This document shows, one piece after another, positions 19,471 to 27,146 of a stretch of 53,698 bases of DNA. The translations under genes were made by a program, and so were the position numbers. Source of the stretch: a virus. The stretch lies in IMG/VR virus record IMGVR_UViG_3300028925_012628; one strand, written 5' to 3'. Under the pieces are notes generated by a model that saw only the letters and a program-made list of their open reading frames with translations, ran no database searches and was not told the origin of the DNA. The stretch's first letter is position 1; every line of letters begins with the position of its first letter.

Positions 19471-19792
19471 CGAGTTGCCTTATGCATTCTTCAATGTAAT
19501 CTATCATCTTCTCATACTCTTGACGAGGATGCTCAGATTCCTTTTTCCCAACTCGGCACATATATTTTATTACATTGCCTTGCCAGAAATTGAGACTCCA
19601 GTCTTTGATGACATCCCATGGCTGTAGATCGCCTTGGGCATAATGAGATGGTGGTGGTTTTCGGTCTTTGGGCATAATGGCTTGGTTGTTGTGACAATCT
19701 TTACAGATCACCTTTTCCGGCATGAGCACTCCGCCAAATGATGAGCGGACAATGAAGGTTTTACTGGAACCACATTCACTACATTTTATCAT
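19463..19792 (-). CDS. Zinc-ribbon + DUF3310-like protein
   Basis: Track ORF, 109 aa. N-terminal CSEC...CKDC. The C-terminal QPWDVIKDW...GNVIKYMCRVGKK...KMIDYIEE fits the DUF3310 pattern as I recall it. Confidence 0.5.
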   Translation of the reverse strand: MIKCSECGSSKTFIVRSSFGGVLMPEKVICKDCHNNQAIMPKDRKPPPSHYAQGDLQPWDVIKDWSLNFWQGNVIKYMCRVGKKESEHPRQEYEKMIDYIEECIRQLDE

Positions 19793-20169
19793 TAGCTTAT
19801 TGGTGGGGGCTGATTACCGCCTTGGGCGATTTTGGCATCAATCTCATGTTTCCATGGCTTATGGGGTGGTGGAAACATTTTTTCCTGAAAGTCTCGCCTC
19901 AACTGTTCATCCTTATCTATAGGCGGTGCAAACTCCCACTGGTAGTCAGGGTCAATGCCAGGCTCACCAGGCAAGTCCAAAGCCTTCAGCCATGGTGGCT
20001 TCTCGGGTGGCGATTGGCTAGGCCATGGGTATTTCTCGGCATCACGTTGGTCGGGAAGTGTCCTCCCCTGTGGAGGCCCAGGAATTGAACCTGGGGGAAA
20101 TGGGAACTTAAGCGGTCCAGAACTGGGCTGTGGAGGTGCTGATTGTATATTTGGGTCTCTAAATGGCAT
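19792..20169 (-). CDS. Proline-rich hypothetical protein (125 aa from the ATG at 20169)
   Basis: Track ORF 19792..20181. The internal ATG at 20169 has GGAG 7 nt upstream. Confidence 0.45.
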   Translation of the reverse strand: MPFRDPNIQSAPPQPSSGPLKFPFPPGSIPGPPQGRTLPDQRDAEKYPWPSQSPPEKPPWLKALDLPGEPGIDPDYQWEFAPPIDKDEQLRRDFQEKMFPPPHKPWKHEIDAKIAQGGNQPPPIS

Positions 20170-20437
20170 CTTTTTCTCCAAATTCGCTTTTGGATTTCCC
20201 GAACTTCCTACTTTGGTGATCTTTGGAAGCGTGTTTCATTAATTCTTCAACATCGCCTTCTTCAAGTTCTGAATCTGGCTTTTCCATGATGATTTGAATT
20301 TTAAGGGTCATGTGGCCTGGCTTCATCGGCCCACTACCTTCGGCTGGCTTATCGCACTTGCAATCTTCCATTTTCTCGCCACAGGCTTCACACATTTCCT
20401 GATCTTCGCCGTCTTGTTTTTCTTTGTCTTCGTGCAT
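20159..20437 (-). CDS. Acidic Cys-containing hypothetical protein (92 aa from the ATG at 20437)
   Basis: Track ORF 20159..20467. The ATG at 20437 is preceded by TAAGGAAAACAAA. Confidence 0.45.
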   Translation of the reverse strand: MHEDKEKQDGEDQEMCEACGEKMEDCKCDKPAEGSGPMKPGHMTLKIQIIMEKPDSELEEGDVEELMKHASKDHQSRKFGKSKSEFGEKDAI

Positions 20438-20447
20438 TTTGTTTTCC

Positions 20448-20570
20448 TTATAGATTACAACCAGCAATCATTGTACTGACCCAGAAGCCCATAGACAATG
20501 TTAAGAAGAACCAAATGGTCGCCTTACTAATAAATTTGAGCGTAAAACTTGGTCTATGGTTTACTTTCAT
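20448..20570 (-). CDS. Possible 40-aa membrane peptide (doubtful)
   Basis: Hand-found ORF MKVNHRPSFTLKFISKATIWFFLTLSMGFWVSTMIAGCNL. No clear RBS; it abuts the iteron array. Confidence 0.2.
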   Translation of the reverse strand: MKVNHRPSFTLKFISKATIWFFLTLSMGFWVSTMIAGCNL

Positions 20571-20575
20571 AAAAA

Positions 20576-20710
20576 TCCGCTTTAATCCGGTTTAGTCCGC
20601 TTTAATCCGCTTTGTCACAAATACACCTATAAACAGGGCATTTTGAAACATCCGGTTTAATCCGGTTTAATCCGGTTTGTTCCGGTTTGTTCCGGTTTGT
20701 TCCGGTTTGC
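20576..20710. repeat. Iteron array: 10 copies of the 10-bp unit TCCG(G/C)TTT(A/G)N, in blocks of 4 (20576-20615) and 6 (20651-20710) separated by 35 bp
   Basis: Direct reading: TCCGCTTTAA TCCGGTTTAG TCCGCTTTAA TCCGCTTTGT ... TCCGGTTTAA x2, TCCGGTTTGT x3, TCCGGTTTGC. Confidence 0.9.
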
Positions 20711-20722
20711 GGTTGGCATCAA

Positions 20723-21991
20723 TTATAATTCCAAGTTACCCCACGCCCAAACGGCATCTTTGACATCGTCGAACCCAATCATCCGTCTTTCTTCAGGAAA
20801 TAAGATAAATGTGGGACATGTTGGTATTGCTCGACTATATCCATACTGATGCGCGTAAGGGCTGAGGATCTGATAACTACCTGGACGTGCTGCGTACCTT
20901 TTCAGGCCATGTCGAATGAATGCTTCGCATGCTGCTTCATGATGATGGCATATAACCCCGATATCGAATAGATCAGTGCCATATTCGTAATGTCGCTTAA
21001 CAGCATGGGTCTGATTAAGAGATGAGTTGAATCTTCCACTCTGATGTCGGACCATCATCTTATATTCCTGACCTGCCACTGATATGTTCAACCTTGCCTC
21101 GGCAGGTGCGTAACATATCTTGTTTTGCTTGGCGATCTCCCCGAGAAAGTCCACTCCTCCAATCTGAGCTGTCCATGCGTCGTGATTACCGGAGATGATA
21201 GTTAATATCTTGTCTCCGAACAGCTGAAGGTAGTGATCGAACAGCTTCCACTGCTGATCTGGGGAAGATTGGGCGTGAATCAGGGCACTTCGGTGTTTGA
21301 TATGGTTATCAACGCCATCTCCTCCGAATACAGCGTAGAATCCGGGGGTATCACGGATTAGTTCCGCATCTTCCCGCAATCGTTCGAAATCACAGGTAGA
21401 GCCTGGGGCTATATGCTGATCACTGATAACTGAGATAGCAATCGGTCCCTTTTCAAAGCTGACATCAAAAACACCGTTGTTGATCGCTTTCCTTATCGCT
21501 TTCTTCCCCCGCTTCTCCGCGGATGCCCACGCCTTGTCTGGGTCATAATCGTCCTTCCACTGGGAGGTTACGCTTACTTTGCCAGCTTTGGGGTCATCTC
21601 CAACGACAATCTTCGTTGGGGAAAGTGATTTACTTTCCACATCGTCTATTTCCGCATCCGCAGCCTCATTTAGTTTCCTATTAGCCTCATCTAGCTGTCG
21701 TCGCAGCACAGCACTCTCCATCTTGTCTACCTCCCGATCCATCTGGATAGGCGGCCCCGCAAAATTTTGTTGGGGATTGCTGCTACCTTTATCGGTACTG
21801 GGAGCTGGTTTCATCCAGTGTTGCCCTTTGGGTGTTGCAGGCAATTCCCCGTCTTTACGGAACTTGGCGATTCTCCCCCGCACTGTTGGACCGGTGGTCC
21901 CTAGCATAGCTGCTGTCTCCACAGCTGAGATACCTCCAAGGTAGTTCTGTTTAACTAATGCTTCATCGTTGTCTGTCCACTGGTGAGCCAT
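20723..21991 (-). CDS. GcrA-like N-terminal HTH fused to a calcineurin-like metallophosphoesterase
   Basis: Track ORF, 422 aa. The N-terminal QWTDNDEALVKQNYLGGISAVETAAMLGTTGPTVRGRIAKF resembles the GcrA N-domain. The C-terminal half has the metallophosphatase motifs SDQH, GGDGVDNH, SGNHD and CHHHE. RBS AAGGA. Confidence 0.65.
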   Translation of the reverse strand: MAHQWTDNDEALVKQNYLGGISAVETAAMLGTTGPTVRGRIAKFRKDGELPATPKGQHWMKPAPSTDKGSSNPQQNFAGPPIQMDREVDKMESAVLRRQLDEANRKLNEAADAEIDDVESKSLSPTKIVVGDDPKAGKVSVTSQWKDDYDPDKAWASAEKRGKKAIRKAINNGVFDVSFEKGPIAISVISDQHIAPGSTCDFERLREDAELIRDTPGFYAVFGGDGVDNHIKHRSALIHAQSSPDQQWKLFDHYLQLFGDKILTIISGNHDAWTAQIGGVDFLGEIAKQNKICYAPAEARLNISVAGQEYKMMVRHQSGRFNSSLNQTHAVKRHYEYGTDLFDIGVICHHHEAACEAFIRHGLKRYAARPGSYQILSPYAHQYGYSRAIPTCPTFILFPEERRMIGFDDVKDAVWAWGNLEL

Positions 21992-22245
21992 CTGGAGATC
22001 CTTTTAGAAATATGTTCCACACTGCAAAGAGCTTGCACGCCTTTAAATAGGATTATAGCTGAAGTTTACTTGTAGTCGATGGAAAAAATGCCTTTAATGG
22101 CTAGACTTATATTTCCTGATGGTATATATTGTGTGAAGTCGTTAGCTGTTTCACGACAAAAGCCCACGAGAGGCAAAACAGCAGGCACTGGTTTAGAGCC
22201 TACAAGCTGCGGCATGCAATACTAAACGAAAAAGGAGTCGATACA

Positions 22246-22440
22246 GTGACGCATTGGAGTGTGGTATACCCCTGGCCAATGAAGAGTACGATTTTCCTGC
22301 CTATAAACCGTGAGTATTATAGGTATAGCCCGAAAACAAGAGTAGCACTGCGGTGTGAGGTTGTCGGGACTCGACTCAGGGGGAGGTGTGTTTACGGGGA
22401 GGACCACTTAAGACCCTTTTCGAGTATAATGTATGTATGA
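22246..22440 (+). CDS. Possible small basic protein (64 aa, GTG start)
   Basis: AAAGGAG lies 8 nt upstream of the GTG at 22246. Its TGA overlaps the next ATG (ATGA). Composition is unusual (R/Y/W/C-rich), so it is doubtful. Confidence 0.3.
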   Translation: MTHWSVVYPWPMKSTIFLPINREYYRYSPKTRVALRCEVVGTRLRGRCVYGEDHLRPFSSIMYV

Positions 22441-22661
22441 TCAAATACTACATTACTACAACATACGACGAAACAAACCAGTGCAAGCCAGGCGATGCCG
22501 TGGTTCGCTACCAATTAACCTCTAATCTGCACATTACTGGCGAATCAGACGTATATCGTGTACGACATCTCTTCGATTATGGTGCGCCGCTCTTCAAAAT
22601 GCACAAATCTAACCTAATAGAGTTCGTGCCAGCTAAAGAACTTGAGTTCAGCCCCGCCTAA
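22437..22661 (+). CDS. Hypothetical protein (74 aa)
   Basis: In-frame ATG inside track ORF 22386..22661. ATGA coupling to the upstream ORF; no RBS of its own. Confidence 0.4.
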   Translation: MIKYYITTTYDETNQCKPGDAVVRYQLTSNLHITGESDVYRVRHLFDYGAPLFKMHKSNLIEFVPAKELEFSPA

Positions 22662-22740
22662 ACGGTACAATACACAGTACCCTCAATGGGGTTTTAACAC
22701 GTTTATTGGCCATATCATGGTTTTAAGGAGGCTTTAACAC

Positions 22741-22890
22741 ATGAAATTACCACAATACTCACTCAAATCACTCTCTTCTAAGCTGTTTAACCTGATTCTG
22801 ACAGCATTCTTGCTAGCTGGAACTGCTTTCTTCGTTATCCACGCTATCAAAATGATCATCTGGACGAACTGGTGGTGGGCTATGTCCTAA
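22741..22890 (+). CDS. Small membrane protein (49 aa)
   Basis: Hand-found ORF MKLPQYSLKSLSSKLFNLILTAFLLAGTAFFVIHAIKMIIWTNWWWAMS. Strong RBS AAGGAGG and a downstream terminator. Confidence 0.6.
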   Translation: MKLPQYSLKSLSSKLFNLILTAFLLAGTAFFVIHAIKMIIWTNWWWAMS

Positions 22891-22918
22891 CATTAGTAAA
22901 ACTTATACTGTCTTAATT

Positions 22919-22950
22919 ACACTCCTTGGTAATTCTTGGAGTGTTTTTTT
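22919..22950 (+). terminator. Rho-independent terminator
   Basis: ACACTCC-12 nt loop-GGAGTGT followed by TTTTTTT. Confidence 0.55.
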
Positions 22951-23270
22951 GTCCAATTATCCTCTGGTTTTAAAAAACATGAACAGCTCGGCCTAAGTGG
23001 TTGGAAAAATCTCCGTAAGGAACATATGGGAGGTAGGACAGACTAAGGGGAACTCCCCCCCCCTTGCAAATTGCAAGCGGAAAGTAAAGATAGGCTATCT
23101 AGGTAGGACGCGGGACACGTTCACTACTACCCTACCCTACCCCCAATACACTACGCATACAGTCTAATACCGATTGTGCTGTTGTTGGTACAATTACCTA
23201 TTTGGGGTAATAGTCGATTCGCTATTGTGAGGAAACAAATTTATTGTTTTCCAAACAACTATTTTAGAAA

Positions 23271-24266
23271 GTGGTGGAAACTATGATTGTCAATGACAAT
23301 TTGAGTAACGAACTAAACGTTTTATTGTGGTCTAATGACGGGGATAAAACCCTAAATAAGCATCTAGCCAAACATCTAGATGATATTGCGATCAATAAGA
23401 AGCAAAACGAATTAAACCGCAGCATTGATCGCAGTGAATATCTAAGTGAACTAACCGGTAAAGAAGTGGAAATTAAACCGCGTCCAACGGGTTATAGTTC
23501 TAGTAGATCTAAGGTCGAATTGACTAAGTATCTCAACGCGTTTTGGCACGAATCGTGTTATAGCCATGAGCTACTACGAAACCTATTTAGTAGGGTATCC
23601 CGTTGTATATCTCAACGCGGTTTGTCAATGCCTGTAGAAGAGCTAGTAGTAATCGCGGAAGACATAATCCCTCACATTATGTCAATACCACTAGAAGAAA
23701 CCTATGCTTATACAAGCGTAGATAAACGGGTAATTCATAACGAAACTATGGTAGAAATGTACCATACCGGTGAAATAACTAAGCAAGAATGCATAGATAG
23801 TTTCAAGGGTAATACCACCTATCCGGTATTGGAAACCGTCGACGATTTTATAACGATTCTATTCAAAGAATGTTATAATTATCGTTTCATATTCCCCAAG
23901 GCGGTTAACAAGGGCGTCGCCGATGCTTATTCAATCGGTAGACAATATCGTGAGGGTATCGGATATCATACCGGATTAACCGATAATATCTTACGTTGGT
24001 TAAATGACGGTGAAATTTTAGATCATAACGTTGAAACGTTAGAACCTATAACCGTTGACGATATCAAAACCGAATTATTGCTAGGCAATTATCAACCATT
24101 AGCAATAAATGTTATTGATTACTTGATTGATAGAAACGCCGACGTTAACAGATGTTATCTATCTGTTACAGATATTAAATTGTTTTTTAATATCGGTAAA
24201 TGGACTGCTTTAGATATTGTCGCGGATTTGCGAAAATGTGCTAAAGTGGTTCAGTCACGACGATAA
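23271..24266 (+). CDS. Hypothetical 331-aa protein in an AT-rich cassette bounded by terminators (alternative ATG at 23283); possible C-terminal HTH
   Basis: Track ORF. Visibly lower GC than its neighbours. C-terminal YLSVTDIKLFFNIGKWTALDIVADLRK looks HTH-like. No family recognised. Confidence 0.6.
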   Translation: MVETMIVNDNLSNELNVLLWSNDGDKTLNKHLAKHLDDIAINKKQNELNRSIDRSEYLSELTGKEVEIKPRPTGYSSSRSKVELTKYLNAFWHESCYSHELLRNLFSRVSRCISQRGLSMPVEELVVIAEDIIPHIMSIPLEETYAYTSVDKRVIHNETMVEMYHTGEITKQECIDSFKGNTTYPVLETVDDFITILFKECYNYRFIFPKAVNKGVADAYSIGRQYREGIGYHTGLTDNILRWLNDGEILDHNVETLEPITVDDIKTELLLGNYQPLAINVIDYLIDRNADVNRCYLSVTDIKLFFNIGKWTALDIVADLRKCAKVVQSRR

Positions 24267-24284
24267 AAAGTAACGCGGTTTATA

Positions 24285-24322
24285 CCCTCTTAATAACGGT
24301 TTGTTATTAAGAGGGTTTTTTT
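24285..24322 (+). terminator. Rho-independent terminator
   Basis: CCCTCTTAATAAC-GGTTT-GTTATTAAGAGGG (perfect 13-bp stem) followed by TTTTTTT. Confidence 0.85.
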
Positions 24323-24425
24323 GTGCGCTGTTTTAAGTGGTCTCACATTGATTGTAACGCGGTTTGATTAATTAACTGTACATAGTACTAAGATAATATC
24401 TAATCGCGTTACAAGTGGTTTGTGA

Positions 24426-24650
24426 GTAGTAGTATTGTTAACTACTACAACAACTAACTTTATAATCCGTTTGAGTTAGGTAAAAAATAAATTTAATTTT
24501 CTACCTAACTGAAATGAAATATAAAGTTAGTTGTTGTAGTCAATAACATTCTACAACAAACAAAATATATTTTATATATTTTACCTAACTCAAATTCAAA
24601 TTTAAGTTAGTTGTTGTAGTCAACATTACTACAACAAACAACAAACAACA
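24426..24650. repeat. Nested inverted repeats plus a roughly 80-bp direct repeat and an (ACAACAA)n tail, upstream of the early operon
   Basis: GTAGTAG/CTACTAC hairpin at 24426-24448. The 17-bp arm ACTACAACAACTAACTT (24444-24460) is complementary to AAGTTAGTTGTTGTAGT at both 24524-24540 and 24604-24620. GAGTTAGGTA (24473-24482) is complementary to TACCTAACT(C) at 24502-24510 and 24582-24591. Confidence 0.85.
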
Positions 24651-24671
24651 ATTCTTTTTTCTGAGGTGACC

Positions 24672-24947
24672 ATGAATAATCAAATTCAGGTAGTTGCTGA
24701 CCGAGAATTCAACATCGTAGCGAACTATAAGTTCGCTGTTGTTGATAAACAACTCGAAGGTTGGACAACCACAGGGTATGCATTCCACAATGAACGTGGA
24801 AGTTTCATCGAGTTTAGTGACGGTGAAGGTCAGGTTATGGATATGTCTTTTGACCTTGAAGTAATCATATGCCTATACAATGCACGTATAGCCGCTGAGC
24901 ATCTAGAAAACTTGCTCGAAGGAAGCGGAATGCAGGTGCAAGCATGA
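24672..24947 (+). CDS. Hypothetical early protein (91 aa)
   Basis: Track ORF 24666..24947; GAGG lies 5 nt upstream of the ATG at 24672. Confidence 0.6.
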   Translation: MNNQIQVVADREFNIVANYKFAVVDKQLEGWTTTGYAFHNERGSFIEFSDGEGQVMDMSFDLEVIICLYNARIAAEHLENLLEGSGMQVQA

Positions 24948-25028
24948 GCGGTCTAGCTCTAGTATTGCTGACACAATTTATTATATCAGTGCTATGTTGG
25001 CACGAACTAACCTGGAAGTAGGTGAACT

Positions 25029-25784
25029 ATGAAGAAATTAAAATTCAGCAAAGCTAATACTAAGCTGAAGAAACTGTATAAGATTGCCGAGTTGCAACAG
25101 TATCTTGTGGGCTACCGCACCAAGATATACAGCATGGATAAACCTGCTGGTTGGAGTTGCAAGTTCGCAAAGGACTGCCTATCTATGGCGGTGCTGAAGG
25201 ACAATAAGACTAGTATCAAGGACGGTAAGCATACCAAGTTTCGTTGCTATGCTGCTAGTCAAGAGGCACAGTATCGACTCACTTACGAGATGCGTAAGTA
25301 TAACTTCAGTCTGATTAAGAATAAGACTGAAGAACAGATTACTCGACGGCTTGAGCATAGCCTACCGGCTAACGCTGGGATAATCCGAGTTGATTCTAGC
25401 GGTGACATACACAGTCAGGCTGAGTTCAATGCTTGGCTTAATCTAGCACAGAACCATAGCGATGTGTTGATATACTTCTACACTAAAGCGTCGCGGTACT
25501 GGGTGGCATGGGTCAAGGAACATGGACAGCTACCCGACAACTTAGTGATTACTGCTAGTCGTGGTGGTACTGAAGACCATCTGATAGACGAACACGGATT
25601 GCGTGAGTCTGTTGTGGTGTACAGTGAACAGCAGGCTGTGGATCTTGGGTTAGAAATAGATGATGACGATAGTCATGCGTCTCGACCAAGTCTAAGTGAG
25701 CAATCGTTTGCACTGCTGATTCATGGTACACAACCAAAGGGAAGCGAAGCAGCGGTTGCTTTGCAAGTATTGAAACAACAATAA
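25029..25784 (+). CDS. GP88-family-like phage protein
   Basis: Track ORF, 251 aa. KPAGWSCKFAKDC, FRCYAASQEAQYRLTYEMRKYN and IRVDSSGDIHSQAEFNAWL...IYFYTKA fit the GP88 (PF17338) pattern as I recall it. Confidence 0.5.
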   Translation: MKKLKFSKANTKLKKLYKIAELQQYLVGYRTKIYSMDKPAGWSCKFAKDCLSMAVLKDNKTSIKDGKHTKFRCYAASQEAQYRLTYEMRKYNFSLIKNKTEEQITRRLEHSLPANAGIIRVDSSGDIHSQAEFNAWLNLAQNHSDVLIYFYTKASRYWVAWVKEHGQLPDNLVITASRGGTEDHLIDEHGLRESVVVYSEQQAVDLGLEIDDDDSHASRPSLSEQSFALLIHGTQPKGSEAAVALQVLKQQ

Positions 25785-25799
25785 CAATAGAGGTGAGTG

Positions 25800-25997
25800 A
25801 TGAGTACAGGTAACAAAGATATCGTCGTCAAGAAATATATGCTGCGAAGTATTAGGCACGCATTAGAGGAGTGTGTAGTTCTGACTGAAGAACTAGAGGA
25901 CATTGAAAAGAGGTGCGAGAATTTTCCTCTGCACATTCAGTGTCAAGGTTTGATTCAATATATAAGCGAACTAACAAAGGAGGTGAAGGATGAGTGA
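25800..25997 (+). CDS. Hypothetical early protein (65 aa)
   Basis: Track ORF; ATG after GAGGTGAG. Confidence 0.55.
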   Translation: MSTGNKDIVVKKYMLRSIRHALEECVVLTEELEDIEKRCENFPLHIQCQGLIQYISELTKEVKDE

Positions 25998-26133
25998 ATA
26001 TTTCAAGTACTTAGATGAGCTACGTGCAAGTGGCTCAACCAATATGTTTGGTGCAGCCGTTGACTTGCAAGATGAATTTGGAATTGATAGTCACGAGGCT
26101 CGCAAGATTTTACATGAGTGGATGAGCCAATGA
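25990..26133 (+). CDS. Small conserved phage protein (47 aa; YLDELRASGSTNMFGA motif)
   Basis: Hand-found ORF MSEYFKYLDELRASGSTNMFGAAVDLQDEFGIDSHEARKILHEWMSQ. RBS GGAGGTGAAGG. The motif recurs in small phage proteins of unknown function. Confidence 0.6.
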   Translation: MSEYFKYLDELRASGSTNMFGAAVDLQDEFGIDSHEARKILHEWMSQ

Positions 26134-26387
26134 TATCACAAGAACAAACAGATAAGCTGACTCGTATGTTCGGGTTGGAGTGGATAGATCACATAGAGGA
26201 GATTGAAATGGATGATGCAGAAGAAGCACTAGCAAACTACTGGAAGTACAAAGACTTACGTGAGTCTGACTATGGCGTAGCGATATGTCTGATGGACAGC
26301 CTAGCTGAGGGACTCGATGTAACAATAGAGAAGGCTAAGAAGTGGGATCAATTCGCAAGCGACTTGGCAGAAAATGGAGGTGTGTGA
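26130..26387 (+). CDS. Acidic hypothetical protein (85 aa)
   Basis: Track ORF 26118..26387; the ATG at 26130 forms an ATGA overlap with the upstream stop. Confidence 0.55.
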   Translation: MISQEQTDKLTRMFGLEWIDHIEEIEMDDAEEALANYWKYKDLRESDYGVAICLMDSLAEGLDVTIEKAKKWDQFASDLAENGGV

Positions 26388-26569
26388 TGAACCTAACAGA
26401 CAAGCAGAAGCAAATGCTTAGAGATGTAACGAAGCTAGGCAATGAACTGGCTGACCCTTTTGGGCAGTGGCAGGAGGACTTAGCTGCTGTACCTGAAATG
26501 GGTGAAACAATCTCATACCTATTAGAAAAAGCGTTTCCATTTTTAATTGAGGAGGTGTGTGATGAGTAG
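26387..26569 (+). CDS. Hypothetical protein (60 aa)
   Basis: In-frame ATG in track ORF 26342..26569; GGAGGTGTGTGATGA junction. Confidence 0.55.
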   Translation: MNLTDKQKQMLRDVTKLGNELADPFGQWQEDLAAVPEMGETISYLLEKAFPFLIEEVCDE

Positions 26570-26771
26570 AGATACATTCAAAGCTAAGGGTGATACAATA
26601 GTCGACCTAGATTACTTCGAGGAGATAGAGACTAAGTCTCAGGCATGGGACATGCTGGCTACGTCACTTTCTCTTGGGCTACCAGAAGATGACACCCAGT
26701 ATGCCTATGAACTACGAGGAAAGATGAATTTACTTTTGAAAATTGCTCAAGAAAAAGAGGAGGATATGTAA
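26562..26771 (+). CDS. Acidic hypothetical protein (69 aa)
   Basis: In-frame ATG in track ORF 26547..26771; GGAGGTGTGTGATGA junction. Confidence 0.55.
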   Translation: MSRDTFKAKGDTIVDLDYFEEIETKSQAWDMLATSLSLGLPEDDTQYAYELRGKMNLLLKIAQEKEEDM

Positions 26772-26998
26772 TGGGATGGTGGACTATAAGCGATCGAGAA
26801 AGTAAGTACGATATGGTGAACGGTGATACACCGGCTGACATTATGGGCGACGCTATCGAGAAGATAGTGAAGTCATATGAGAAGGAGTGGAAGCGTAAGC
26901 CATACCGCAAGGAGATGGAGGCTGTGTTTAAGTTCACATCCTCATTACCCCATTACTATACGGAGGTGGATGATGAAGTATCACATACTAATCTCTGA
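26771..26998 (+). CDS. Hypothetical protein (75 aa)
   Basis: Track ORF; TAATG overlap with the upstream gene. Confidence 0.55.
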   Translation: MGWWTISDRESKYDMVNGDTPADIMGDAIEKIVKSYEKEWKRKPYRKEMEAVFKFTSSLPHYYTEVDDEVSHTNL

Positions 26999-27146
26999 GT
27001 CTTTCGGCATAACCTATGAGGTTGAGGCTGATAGTATCAAGGAGGCAGAAGATAAGTTCAACTCTGGTGAGGGCTGGGACAGGGAGGTTGACAGGGAAAG
27101 TGTTGACTGGATACACGTTAGTACAGAGGAGGTGAAGGATGACTGA
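26970..27146 (+). CDS. Hypothetical protein (58 aa)
   Basis: In-frame ATG in track ORF 26877..27146, preceded by GGAGGTGG. Confidence 0.5.
   Translation: MMKYHILISESFGITYEVEADSIKEAEDKFNSGEGWDREVDRESVDWIHVSTEEVKDD

Noticed and set aside
20576-20710. The tandem repeats here and at 24426..24650 might be a CRISPR array.
   Set aside because: The units are 10 bp long and directly abutted, with no spacers. At 24.4 kb they are inverted/direct repeat pairs. There are no cas genes and no repeat-spacer periodicity of 28-37 bp.
22129-22245. The N-terminal 39 codons of track ORF 22129..22440 (TTG start).
   Set aside because: There is no RBS and the composition is odd. If the ORF is real at all, the GTG at 22246 with an AAAGGAG RBS is the better start.
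24585-24788. A 67-aa minus-strand ORF covers the repeat region and the start of the early operon.
   Set aside because: It runs through AT-rich inverted repeats and opposite an RBS-supported plus-strand gene, with low-complexity sequence.
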